Shown: positions 51,901 to 60,800 of the stretch, in pieces
Layout: each line of letters begins with the position of its first letter
How positions within the stretch are numbered: the first letter of the stretch is position 1
Assembly (NCBI GenBank): GCA_963848295.1
Contig: CAWKDB010000010.1
Location: 3,744,001 to 3,808,000 of the forward strand
Reading direction: 5' to 3'
DNA: 64,000 bases
Origin: an uncultured delta proteobacterium
Lineage (GTDB): Bacteria; Myxococcota_A; Polyangia; Haliangiales; Haliangiaceae
Program-made: the position numbers and the translations under genes
The notes under the pieces: model-generated
Told to the model about the DNA's origin: nothing
What the model saw: the letters and a program-made list of their open reading frames with translations, nothing else
The model's database searches: none

Positions 51901-52155
51901 GGCGAGCCGGCCGTCCGCGTCATCGCCGACCAGCAGCGCCTCGGCCTCGGTCGCGACGAGGTCGAGCATACGCTCGACCAGCTGGCCGGCATCGGGAGCT
52001 TCGAGGTTGCGCGTGACCTCAGAGAGATCCGCACTCGACGCCGGAACGGGCGCGATATCCGTGTTCGCAGCCGGGGGGGCGACCGGAGCGCGCGCGGATG
52101 GGATCGGCGGAGGACGGTTGACCGTCGACCGTCGGATCGGGGGCGGATCCGCCAT
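45907..52155 (-). CDS. giant TPR protein (2082 aa), myxobacterial type
   Basis: Dozens of TPR-like units (PDNRDALDALGRIYE, WAELID..); Pro-rich N-terminus; no signal peptide. Confidence 0.85.
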   Translation of the reverse strand: MADPPPIRRSTVNRPPPIPSARAPVAPPAANTDIAPVPASSADLSEVTRNLEAPDAGQLVERMLDLVATEAEALLVGDDADGRLADLNVRTALASWDALGEPDEAMRVLELAEQHPLAPRLRLSAALSSGEPAALAAVQARLEASPSPATATLVLDVAEAWLWRHDRPDLAGALADRALATPGHEPWRPHAVELALLAHAAAGEWQRVIELRRASIATAPLDEVAATAALVLDRGNDPAAALAMCWTALQRDPSADDPLGVLRAIDIALCAAARLGDPRRSQLLEQRARLIESRAGGGLELLATRHAIAGELDHRGAHADAAARWLELADDPAAAQLAAARRIATLGAMWAAAAAGDRATELAARRKIIDDSCVEVATAHAWRALELAAASDAPVPVLRELAMTVAGRTRSPVAERWLDMLDRSAPTSSTAARFETRGGGALRWAAVLAERTGDVPRALELWRRAGDQLGTERDHVVRLLRAGDDDALAAAYAEWATTETDPRAASALACARGIVDLVRGDFVEAEDSLKRAAELDPKDPFCRAALAAVYRAGKHYDLLARVLDELSTTLTSREGRAAAAREAAELLDEHLGDPAGARVAFERMIADQPDDGDAMLAFAKLLERDSQWERSLELRKRAAALATTSDQRADIWVEIALREERRGAHESALAALEQAATANPKRTDVAHQRIRIYRDTGRLDLALGVVRGELATDPPLERRMQLQLDQARLLTALGIEPEHVVGAYLDILEVERDHVEALAGIEAPARALGLWDELARAFRGASPTPRNLDVLAQALEKIAEWSELAEVRRRQLESASSPSEKSARAAELAKLYEQELGDSDAAIRALQVAQSTTLDEARQQTLVRLLRSGQRWLELAAALERELPTIKPDAVARQLEVLLELGELRADKLNKPAEAAQAFEAVLEHEPHHATAIAALEKLYETLGRDRELARILEARAEATTVGADRAALFTRVAMLRQARNDVDGALAAYTAAFDADPTNRETFTAMERVCYKAERWAAAMQLYDTAILHVESGTSRAYRLGDLYSRRGNVQLSFLGQLEAATASYQKVVEVDSTPAAAVKVLEDLCARRRDWQPLIAAWEHRADLQRDPAKKAEALRAAVKIVAEHGSDHRHTMQLSRKLLALDPADRAAAIELERYYEDQDDATGLIDVLKMRLQAAQNGEETIELLKKIARASEEGARDVATATEHYQKVLELQPDNRDALDALGRIYESTEQWAELIDVTRRLIKVTNDRNTKSLLYFKCGSVMEAKFGREQDAIRYYDAAIKTSSSCLPAVHGLRDLYRRREEWPRVIETLEMEVKLWSDDKERAGVFAQIGRIYEHQLGDPERGMTYYDSALSVDPECLPANQALFDHFFEEGAWDKAQALASALAQKAMREGDPTTRSDFYRKRGVVAKMTGDWKAAADSLVVALEVKPTNTAALDDLGVLARERPDAWDFDATYRELEKVYKKRDDASALIARVYVGRAAVFERDGDLDQAAGLYRQALELAPTDGTVLSALVDFHADMRHWREAVDAIQLFVTYAGSSPDDRLTALMRQAAIHADGEMDATRAIAVLDTVLQLEPGHQDAHYSMAQQFFLIGRFAEARAAIDRVIELATAPGQPLSPEALARYYYYKGRILDASGEARAAAPQYRRAIEYDPGYAPPALVLARRAADAGDQRQAETLLIEAAHAAMAQGGPRAAVPLQRGLARILLASGDRPAAIEAYRGILNVEPDGASDRVALAEIYAVDDPQRAIGELRKVLDRDIHHAPAYRLLASFYNRTGDTERATRVLTALDLLGFAEDSDRNTMQRLRALRHLAPLRRSLDDDHRNRVLSTPAARAPLGDVWTALAEQLSAHVSQPSLGENLKPAATFGDQRLRQVIAEIAGLFNTDADVFVGEKVPGLAAATAFPRRLVVIDRTLLDEHELALRFLFGYAFEAIRGGYAALLQLGARSRHQLAQLLRDLVAGDAEPNGFAAELIHGASPRALKMIERHAGAKDLDAGAWIDGMLACAKRAGLVACDDFAAAVWMVARLSGERPAGHDETVALGAVLGGPDLVRFYLSDDYQLLRDTLTMPTLRS

Positions 52156-52214
52156 CTGGCGGCGATCGTATCAGGCTTGTAGCGGCCCGGCGCGTCGCGC
52201 TACCCTGCCACTCG

Positions 52215-53096
52215 ATGTCCCCCCGCGCGATCTGCGTGAGCCAAGATGCGGGGGTCCGCGGGGCGGTCGGTAACGCCTTGGCTGCCGCCGGGCTAACCGT
52301 CGAGCACCACACCGCGTTTCCGGCCGAGCCAAACGCCGACGGGCTGGCCCTCGTCGTGATCGATCGCGCGACCCGGCAAGCGATGGGCGACGCGTTGCGC
52401 ACGATGACCGCGCCGGTGGTCGTCGTCGGGGACCACCTCGACGACGATGCCCTGGTCGCGTTGATGCTCGAAGCGCCGGTCAGCCACCTCGTGGAAGATC
52501 CACGCGATCGCGACCTCGGGATCACGTCGCGCAAGCTCGTGTCTGGCGATCTGTTCGGGCTCGAGAAGTACGTCTCGGCAGGCGTCGAGATCCACGAGCG
52601 CACGGTCGTCAGCCACACCGACAAGCGCCTCGCGATGAGCGAGGTCTGCACCTGGGCCGAACAGGTCGGCGCGCGTCGTCCGGTCGTGCTGCGGATCGAG
52701 AGCGTCGTCGACGAGCTCGTGATGAACGCGTTGCACGACGCACCGAGCGCGGGCGAGCCGACGCGGCCGGCGGTCTTGCGCTGGGGGGCTGATGACCGGG
52801 TGCTCGCGCTGTCCGTGACCGACACGTTTGGCGCGATCCGCCAGCGCGACGTGATCGACCATGTCCGCCGGGCTCGCCGCGAAGGCGGCCGGCCTCAGAC
52901 CGATCGCGACGAGGCGGGCGAGCCACGGGGCGCGGGCTTGGGGCTCTATCTCGTGGTCGCGAACGTCGCCGCGTTGATCGTCAACGTCGATCCAGGGCGG
53001 CGCACCGAGATCGTCTGCCTGTTCGATCTGGCGCGAGTCGAGCACCGCGCGGTGACGGGTGCGGTGCGCTCGCTCCACGTGTTCGGCGCGGCGTGA
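52215..53096 (+). CDS. degenerate receiver-like domain + HATPase (RsbW-like kinase)
   Basis: DELVMNA, VTDTFG, GAGLGL boxes without an H-box; N-terminal alpha/beta domain. Confidence 0.7.
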   Translation: MSPRAICVSQDAGVRGAVGNALAAAGLTVEHHTAFPAEPNADGLALVVIDRATRQAMGDALRTMTAPVVVVGDHLDDDALVALMLEAPVSHLVEDPRDRDLGITSRKLVSGDLFGLEKYVSAGVEIHERTVVSHTDKRLAMSEVCTWAEQVGARRPVVLRIESVVDELVMNALHDAPSAGEPTRPAVLRWGADDRVLALSVTDTFGAIRQRDVIDHVRRARREGGRPQTDRDEAGEPRGAGLGLYLVVANVAALIVNVDPGRRTEIVCLFDLARVEHRAVTGAVRSLHVFGAA

Positions 53097-53100
53097 CTCG

Positions 53101-54387
53101 CTAGCGCAGCTCTGCGATCGCTGCCGCGGCGACGACGATCGTCGCGCCGCCGAGCAGCGTGCCGGCCGCGGCGCGATCGGCGACGCGCGCGAGCGCGAAC
53201 AACCCGGGAACGAGGACGAACGTGGTCCACCAGCCCGCGAGCCACACGAGCTTCGCGCGGTGGCGCGCTGCGGGCGGGATCGGCAACGTGTCCGAAACCC
53301 GGACGAGCTCGATCGGTGGCCGCTCGAGGCGGCGGCCGAGCGCGATGCCGTACGCCGCGACGCTCGCGAACGTGGCGACGAGCCACGGGATCGGATCGTC
53401 CGGTGGGGCCAGGCCGATGATCGCGAGCACGAGGAAGCACAGCGCGCCGAGGGCGAACGCCATCGGATAGCGCCGCCGCATCAGTTGCGCGTCCTTGCGA
53501 TAGAGCGGGGCGGCCCCGCCGAGCATGCCGGCGATCGTGCGCTCGATCGCGGTCGGTTCGCGAATCTCGAGCGGGGCGAGCTGCTGGCGATCGAGGGCCG
53601 AGACATCGCGCAAGATCGTCGCCATCGCGTTCGGCGCGAGGACGCGAGTCGCGATCAACGCCGAGACGCTCGCGACGAGGAGGCCGACGAGCTCCGGCGC
53701 GACTTGTCGCCACGACTTGGTGCCGAGCAGCACCGGCGAGGCGAGGACCGCGATGACGATCACCGCGCTCGAGACGAAGCCCGGCAGCGCACCGAGCAGC
53801 GGCGTCGGCACGTCGCCCGGTTTGCGCGCCGCCGCTTGCATCGCGCGCGCGGGGCTCGCCCCGGCGATCGCGATCGCGACCTCGATCGCGCGAGCACCAC
53901 TCGACGTCGCGACGAGCGACGCCGCCCAGATCGCCGTCGCCGGCAGGAGTCCGGCGGCGGTCGCACCGAGCACGCCCGCGTACGCGGCGTGCGCGAGAAT
54001 CGGCCGCGCGTCGGCGCTCGCGAAGGCGATCGGCAACATCCCGATGAGCACCGCGAGCGTCGTGGTCGCGGCGGCGCTCGCACAGCGCACCAGGGCGGCA
54101 TCGAGCAACGCCACGCCGCCGATCGGCAGTTGCGCGAGCATCGGCGCGTCGCGGCGCCAGTAGATGTGAAACGGCACGCGCATGAACGCGAGCGCGAACG
54201 CGACGATCGCCCCCGCGAGCCACGCATGACTCGCCGCGACCGGCCCCGCGGCGGCGCCGCGCCACGCGACGAACCCGGCGAACGCACCGCCCGCGACCAC
54301 CGCGATCGCGATCGGAGACGACCACCAGCCGGCGCGCGCCGCGCGGTCGTAGCGCCGGCCCCACGCGATCAACTGGCCGCTCGTCAT
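53101..54387 (-). CDS. multi-pass membrane protein, probable ABC permease
   Basis: About 10 hydrophobic segments; ATGA overlap with the ABC ATPase. Confidence 0.7.
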   Translation of the reverse strand: MTSGQLIAWGRRYDRAARAGWWSSPIAIAVVAGGAFAGFVAWRGAAAGPVAASHAWLAGAIVAFALAFMRVPFHIYWRRDAPMLAQLPIGGVALLDAALVRCASAAATTTLAVLIGMLPIAFASADARPILAHAAYAGVLGATAAGLLPATAIWAASLVATSSGARAIEVAIAIAGASPARAMQAAARKPGDVPTPLLGALPGFVSSAVIVIAVLASPVLLGTKSWRQVAPELVGLLVASVSALIATRVLAPNAMATILRDVSALDRQQLAPLEIREPTAIERTIAGMLGGAAPLYRKDAQLMRRRYPMAFALGALCFLVLAIIGLAPPDDPIPWLVATFASVAAYGIALGRRLERPPIELVRVSDTLPIPPAARHRAKLVWLAGWWTTFVLVPGLFALARVADRAAAGTLLGGATIVVAAAAIAELR

Positions 54388-55115
54388 GTCGGCCCGTCGT
54401 CCGGCACGAGCGACACGTAGAGCTCCTCGATCGCGTTCGGCCCGCTCGCGAGCAACGCGTCGACCTCGGCCTTGCGGCGATCGGCGACGAGCTTGCCTTT
54501 GGTCATCACCAAGATCCGGTCGCATAGCCGCTCGGCGACGCCGAGCATGTGGGTCGACATCAGCACGGTCGCGCCGCGATCGGCAGCCGCGCGCACGGCC
54601 GCACGCGCCGCACGCGAGGCGTGAGGATCGAGCCCGTTGAGCGTCTCGTCGAGCAACAGCACGCGTACGGGCCCGACGAGCGCCGCGGCGAGCCCGACGC
54701 GCTGGCGCATGCCGAACGACAGCTCGCGACACGGCCGATCTGCGATCGCGGTCAACCCGAGCTCGCCCAGGATCGCGGTCGCGGCAACGCGATCGGCTCC
54801 GCGCGCTTCGGCGATGAACGCGACGTGCTCGAACGCGGTAAAAAACTCGTAGAGCGCTGGCGGTTGGTCGGCGAAGCCGATCATCGCGCGCAACGAGCGC
54901 GGCGCCGACGCGAGGTCCTGACCGTCGACCGCGATCGTGCCGGCGCTCGGCAGCACCGCGCCGGCGATCGCCGCGAGCGTCGTGCTCTTGCCGGCGCCGT
55001 TCGGACCGAGCAGCAAGGCGATCTCGCCCGGGTCGAGCGCGAGGTCGATGCCATCGACCGCGGTACGCCGGCCGTAGCGCACGGCGAGACCGCGAAGCTC
55101 GGCGAGCGCTACCAC
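54384..55115 (-). CDS. ABC transporter ATP-binding protein
   Basis: GPNGAGKST, LSFGMRQR, LLLDE, STH. Confidence 0.95.
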   Translation of the reverse strand: MVALAELRGLAVRYGRRTAVDGIDLALDPGEIALLLGPNGAGKSTTLAAIAGAVLPSAGTIAVDGQDLASAPRSLRAMIGFADQPPALYEFFTAFEHVAFIAEARGADRVAATAILGELGLTAIADRPCRELSFGMRQRVGLAAALVGPVRVLLLDETLNGLDPHASRAARAAVRAAADRGATVLMSTHMLGVAERLCDRILVMTKGKLVADRRKAEVDALLASGPNAIEELYVSLVPDDGPT

Positions 55116-56344
55116 GAGTACACCACGACGTAGACGACGGTCTTGTTCGTGTGCGCCGGCACTCGTGCGCGCAGCGTGATCTCTTGCGCGCCGGCCTTGC
55201 TGACCGCGGTGCTCGGCACCGACGCGTAGGCGATCGCCCAGTTCTGTCCGCGGTAGAGGTGCTCGCGCAACAGCATCGTCACCGGGACCGATCGCGCATT
55301 GTCGATCGCGATCCCGAATTCCTCGACGATGCGATGGGTGTCTTCGTCGATCGAGAGCTCGCGGCGCTCGCGATGAGCGGTGACTCCGACGGCGGTGCCG
55401 AGCTCGATCGTGTCGACCTGGGCGACTCGGGTCGCGTCATCGAACATCTGCGCTTCGCCGACGACCGCGAGCGTCCCGTCGTCGCGACTGTCGAGCAAGC
55501 GCACCGGCCCCGCCGGCAGGCCGCGCGACGACGCGGAGCGCGCGAGCTCGATCGACTCCGCGACGCGCGTCGATGCCGGGGTCGTGACGCCGAGCTCGGG
55601 CTCTTCCGACGGGATCGACGCCGGCGACGGGGTATCGAGCGCGACGCCGATCGGATCGTAGACCAGGATGGACCGGATCCGGCGTGGCTTCGCATCGACG
55701 AGCAGCGGGACGCGAGTCTCCCCGTCGCGCAGCTCGACCGTGCCGAGATCGCGCGCTTCGGGGCGCGGCGACGTGCCGACATTCGTGCCAGCGAGTGACG
55801 CGGACAAGGCGAGCGCGCGCGCCGCGATGCCGGCCTCGACCGTCGAGTCGACCACGCGCAGGTGCGCGACGTGATAGGCGACGCCCGTCGCATTGCGGAT
55901 CGCGATCGAACCGCGGATCGTCGCGCGATCGTGCGCGGCGGAGGTCGTCATCGTGTACGCCGCGTCCCACGGCAGCTTCGTCGGATACGCGACCGTGAGG
56001 GTGTAGTGGCCAGCCGACGGCGCGCCGACCTCGATCGACGCGCACCGCGCCTTGACCGTCCCCGGCGCCGGCGGTTCGTCGCCGCAGAGGTGAATCGCGC
56101 CGAGCTCCAAGCCGCCGCGATCGATCCAATCGAGGTCTTCGGCTTTGGCGTCGGCCGGGAGCTCGAGCCTGACGGTGGACGCGCCGGCCGGGAGCTCGAC
56201 CGCGATGCGCTGCCGCACGTACCCGACGCCGCCGCGAAACAGCGTGATGTCGTCGCCGCTCACCCCATCGTTCGCGACCCGGTGAACCGCAGCGCCGCAC
56301 GCTCCGCCGACGACGGCGAGAGTCAACGCGCACCACCTCACCAT
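55109..56344 (-). CDS. DUF4139-like lipoprotein
   Basis: MVRWCALTLAVVGGAC lipobox; ITLFRGGVGYVRQ, LPWDAAY, IRNATG, LPAGPVRL, ends YVVVYSW. Confidence 0.7.
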   Translation of the reverse strand: MVRWCALTLAVVGGACGAAVHRVANDGVSGDDITLFRGGVGYVRQRIAVELPAGASTVRLELPADAKAEDLDWIDRGGLELGAIHLCGDEPPAPGTVKARCASIEVGAPSAGHYTLTVAYPTKLPWDAAYTMTTSAAHDRATIRGSIAIRNATGVAYHVAHLRVVDSTVEAGIAARALALSASLAGTNVGTSPRPEARDLGTVELRDGETRVPLLVDAKPRRIRSILVYDPIGVALDTPSPASIPSEEPELGVTTPASTRVAESIELARSASSRGLPAGPVRLLDSRDDGTLAVVGEAQMFDDATRVAQVDTIELGTAVGVTAHRERRELSIDEDTHRIVEEFGIAIDNARSVPVTMLLREHLYRGQNWAIAYASVPSTAVSKAGAQEITLRARVPAHTNKTVVYVVVYSW

Positions 56345-57777
56345 GAATACGTGACGGTATAGACGACCGATTTCTTCGCACCCGCCGGCAAGTCGAATCT
56401 GTACTCCTGCGTCTGCGGCGCGGCGCGCACACCTTTGACGGTCTCGTCGCCCGGCTCGATCCTCCACGACGGTGCTCGCCACATGAACTCGCGCGCGACC
56501 GCCTCGACCGGTTGCCGCGCCTTGTTCTCGAGCGCGACCTCGACCTTTTCGCGCAGCGTTCGAGTGCGCTCGTCGAGCGTGCAGCTGAGGATCTTGCGCT
56601 CGCCGGTCAGGTCGGCCGTCGGCGTGACCCGGACCCGCGCGAGGCCGATCGCGGTGCGCAGCGAATCCTCGGAGACGAGATCGAGCTGGCCTCCCTTGCG
56701 CGCGAACAGTCGGACCTTGCCGTCGGCGAGCGGATCGCCCGGCACGTCGACCTCGAGCGCGACCTCCGCCTTGTCGGCGGTGCCGGGGACGTTCGTGCAC
56801 TCGGTCGAGGGCGAGTTGCGATAGACCGCCGACACATCGGGGATCGCTTCGTAGGTCACGACCGTGCGCGACTTCATGTGCAGCCGCGGCGGCAGGAGCT
56901 CGACCTGCACACTCTCGCCGTCGCCGATGTGCACCGGCTTGGCGATCGTGAATCGGGTCGGAGCCGCGCCCGGCTTCGCGTTGCTCGGCTGGCTCGAGAC
57001 CAGCGTGACCTGCGCTCCGTCGAACGTCGTGCCCGACGTGTTCTTGATCGTCGCCCAGCCCGTGAAATCGAACGTCTTGGCCGCTTCGTCGATGATCGCG
57101 AGGTAGTCGGCCGACCAGGCCAGACCTTCGGTGCGATAGCTGATCTCGACCGTCTGGTTTCCGGGCCTGGCAGTCTGCAGGCGGACCGCGAGGCTCGCCT
57201 TCGCGGGAGGGCCTCCCGGCGCGAGCTTGACGTCTTGGACAAAGCCATCGCGGCGCAGCACCCGCAGCTGGCGTCGCGCGCCCGTGCCGACCTCGACGAC
57301 GAGCGAGTCCTTGTCGACCGCGCGCAAGATGCCGACGATCTCGCCTTTCGCGGTGCCGACCGTGACCGGCTCGCCGACGCGCCGTCCGAGGATGTCGTCG
57401 GGAGTCGCTGCGCCGGGCACGAAGCGCTGTTCCACGACGGCGAGCTGCGGATCCGAGATGCCGCGCACCCGCACCGAAGCCGGATCCAGGGTCGCTGCTA
57501 CGTTTTCGACTCGGACCTCGCCCTTGCCGACGTCGAGCTCGCGTTGCTCCGTGATCAACGCGCCGGTCGGCGTGCTGGCGTTTCCGTACGTGTCGCCACC
57601 ATCCGGGTTTGCATCCCCGGCCGAAGCGGCCCAGATCGTGATGGCGGTGCGATCGGCGCTCGCGCCGCGGCCCATCGCGAGCACCAGGGCGACGAGCGCC
57701 AACGAGCTCGATCGATGCGGGCGGCTCGCCCGACCGCAGCAGCGCCGCCCGAGCGCGGCGCGGTTTGATCGACCCAT
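56338..57777 (-). CDS. DUF4139-like exported protein
   Basis: VAATLDPASV, YRTEGLAWSADY, GWATIKNTSG, LADGKVRLF, ends YTVTYSW. Confidence 0.78.
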   Translation of the reverse strand: MGRSNRAALGRRCCGRASRPHRSSSLALVALVLAMGRGASADRTAITIWAASAGDANPDGGDTYGNASTPTGALITEQRELDVGKGEVRVENVAATLDPASVRVRGISDPQLAVVEQRFVPGAATPDDILGRRVGEPVTVGTAKGEIVGILRAVDKDSLVVEVGTGARRQLRVLRRDGFVQDVKLAPGGPPAKASLAVRLQTARPGNQTVEISYRTEGLAWSADYLAIIDEAAKTFDFTGWATIKNTSGTTFDGAQVTLVSSQPSNAKPGAAPTRFTIAKPVHIGDGESVQVELLPPRLHMKSRTVVTYEAIPDVSAVYRNSPSTECTNVPGTADKAEVALEVDVPGDPLADGKVRLFARKGGQLDLVSEDSLRTAIGLARVRVTPTADLTGERKILSCTLDERTRTLREKVEVALENKARQPVEAVAREFMWRAPSWRIEPGDETVKGVRAAPQTQEYRFDLPAGAKKSVVYTVTYSW

Positions 57778-57819
57778 CCCGCCGAGCATACGCCAACGTA
57801 GCTTGTGTATAGTGACAAC

Positions 57820-60800
57820 GTGGCGGTCGCGACCTACCCGGGTACCGTGTCGCCGTTGCGCGGGCTCGACCCATTCGGCGAGGCGGAGCGCGACGTCTGG
57901 CAGGGCAGGGAAACCGAACGAGACGAGATCGCGAAGCTGGTCTCGGGCGACGGCTTTCGCGCCGGCCTCGTTTACGGTGAGCCCGGAGTCGGCAAGACCT
58001 CGCTCGTCCGCGCCGGGCTCATCCCTCACCTGCGCGATCACGGGATCGTCGCGCTCGCGTGCGAGGACGTCACCGCGCCGGCGCAGAGCTTCGCGACCGG
58101 CCTGTCGGCGTTCGGGATCGAGCAGCATCCGGGCGAGGCTCCGGTCGCGTTCATCACGCGCGCGGTTTCAGCGGCGGTCGCCGGACAGCAGTTCGTGTTC
58201 ATCGTGGATGATGTCGATCTCGCGTGCGCCCACGAGCAATCGATCAGCGAGCTGGCCGAGCTGTTCGCGAAGGTCGTCAGCCGGTCCGGCGGTCGCGCCA
58301 GGTTCTTGTTCGTGTGCGCGAGCGATCGGATGAACGCGCTCGGTGCGCTCGAGCGCCGCACCGGCTCGTTGTTCCCGCCGTCGAATCGCTACGAGCTCGC
58401 GCGCCTGTCGGTCGCCGACGCGAGCAGGCTGTTCGACAAGGTCCTGACCCTCGCCGGCGTCGCGGCCGATCCCGAGCTCGCGCATTCGGTCATGCAGGAC
58501 ATGGATCGCGGGCAGCCGTTGCTCGCGGCCGATCTACAAGTCGCGGCGATGGCGATGCGCGATCTGAAGCTGACCACGCCCGCCGCGCTCCACGCCGCGG
58601 GTGGTGCGGCCGAGCTCGAGTCGCTGTGGCTGCACGATGCGTGCGCCGCGACCGGCGACGAGCGCGCCGCACTCCGGCTATGTGCCGAGCTCGCCTCGGG
58701 TGGCGCGACCCCGCAGGGCTCCGACCTCGTGATCCGTCGGGTCAGCCTCGCCGCGAGCTGGGCGAATCAGGCGTTCGCCGTGCTCGAGCAACGCGGCGTG
58801 ATCGCGCGCGGCGATCCGGGGGGTGCGACCTGGCTGTTGCGTCACGAGGTGCTGATCGCGCGCGTTCGCGAGCTCACCGCTCCAGCGCGAGCGGCGGCGC
58901 GCCGAGCGTTCGATCTGCTCGGCAGCAAGACGCAATCACACGGCCGGCTCAACTTCGCGGAGCTGCGCGCGCTCAAGGCCGAAGGCATCGCGCCGGTCAC
59001 GCCGGCCGAGCAAGATGTCGTCAATCGCTCGAAGCGCCACTACCAGCTGATCGCAGCGGGCATCGCCGCCGTCCCGATCGCGTTGATCATCATGATCTAC
59101 GTGTCGATGCACGGTCGCGTCTTCTTCGACCTGCAACCGCGCGCCGGCGGTGATCGCATCGTCGTGCGCTCCGGCCGTGCCGGCCTGCGCGGCTTCTCGT
59201 GGCTGCCGGCGAGCGGCTACGGCGCGGTCGTGGCCGACACGGGTTTATCCCGCGCGATGGTCGCGCCCGAGATGTGGAAGAAGGTCGACGATCGCGATCT
59301 CGGCGCCGATCGCGGCAGCTGGGACGACATGGTCGCGCAGCTGATGGCGCCGCAGCTCGCCGGGCTCGTCGAGTACGCCGGCGGCAATGACCAACCGCTC
59401 GCGGCCCTGCAGAAGGCCGCGAAGGACCCCGAGGATCTCGCCGAGCTGCTCACCGCGTTGCGCCCGATCGCGCGCGGCACTCCCGAGGAGGTCAAGTTCG
59501 TGGAGGCGGCGCTCGCGATGCCGACGCCCGTGGTCCAGCACGCCGCGATCGCGCTCGCCGGCGCGGCGGCGCAACGGCGCGACGTCTATCAAGACACGTT
59601 GACCCAGGCGCTGCTGTCGACCGATCCCGAGCTGCGGCGGATCGCGTTCGCCGCGGTGCGCAGCCTCGGCGACCGCGGTCGCGCGTTGTTCCAGGCCGCG
59701 CTCGCGAAGGATCCCGAAGCGTCGGCCCGCCACGAGTTGTTGACCGAGCTGTCGGTGGCCAGCACCGAGGACGTGCCCTCGGCCCAGAGCGCGGCGAGCA
59801 TGCTGGCCGATCCCGACGCATCGCCGGCGCTGCGCGATCGCGCGAAGACCCAGCTCAAAGCGGCGCTCGCCCAGGATCCCGCGGCGGGAGCCGAGGCCTT
59901 GACCCAGCTCGTCGCGGCCGAAAGGGCGCGACCCGAAGAGCGAGCGTACGCGATCGAACAGCTGCGCGACCTCGAGCCGCTGCCGAAGGTCGAGCACCTC
60001 GTCGATGCCGCGCACGCGGCGTTCGAGTCGAAGTCGGAGCTGCTCCGGGCGAGCGCGCTGCCGCTCTACGCCGAGGTCGACCCGGTGCGCGCCGGCGGCG
60101 AGCTCGCGAACATGCTCGAAGACCCGAAGCTGGACAAGACGATCAAGGTCGCCGCCGCGCTCGCGTGGGGCGAGGTCGGCGCCGCGAATCGCGATGCGGC
60201 GTCGAACGCGCTCGATCGCATGTTGAAGGACGAAGATGGTGACGTGCGTGCCGCCGCGGCGACCGCCGCCGGCAAGCTCGGCCGCGCGTATCAAGACAAG
60301 CTGATCAAGATGGCCAAGGCCGAGAACTACAACGTGCGGATCGGCGCCGCCGAGGGCCTCGCCGCGTCCGCGGTGTCGGGCGGCAACATCGGTTACGCGG
60401 TCGACGGCATCGCGCAGCTCTGGCGCGAAAAGGGTCGACCGCGGCGCGACGCCGCGAAGATCTACGCGCACCTCGCGCGCAAGAAGCCGCAGGCGGTGGT
60501 CGAGTACCTGTCGACCGCCGCGCGTACGCCCGAGGATCCGCTGCTCCATCCGATCGGCGTCGAGGGCCTGTGCAACGCTTCGATCGCCGGCAACCCGGAT
60601 GCGCGCCGCGCGCTCGCGCGCTCGACCGACGACACGAGTGTCGAGGTGCGCCGACTCGTGATGTCGTGCGTCGCCGACGGGCCGGATCCGGCGAAGAACG
60701 GCGCCGCGGTCGCCGCTCGGCTGGTGCGCGATCCCGACGGCGAGATTCGCGCCGACGCGGCGCGCGTGCTCGCCGCGGCCGCGAGCAAAGGCAAGGTCGC

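Noticed and set aside
45907..52155. Assigning a gliding-motility gene name (agmK/glt) to the giant TPR protein
   Set aside because: Generic TPR similarity only; orthology cannot be established without a search and no other motility genes are nearby
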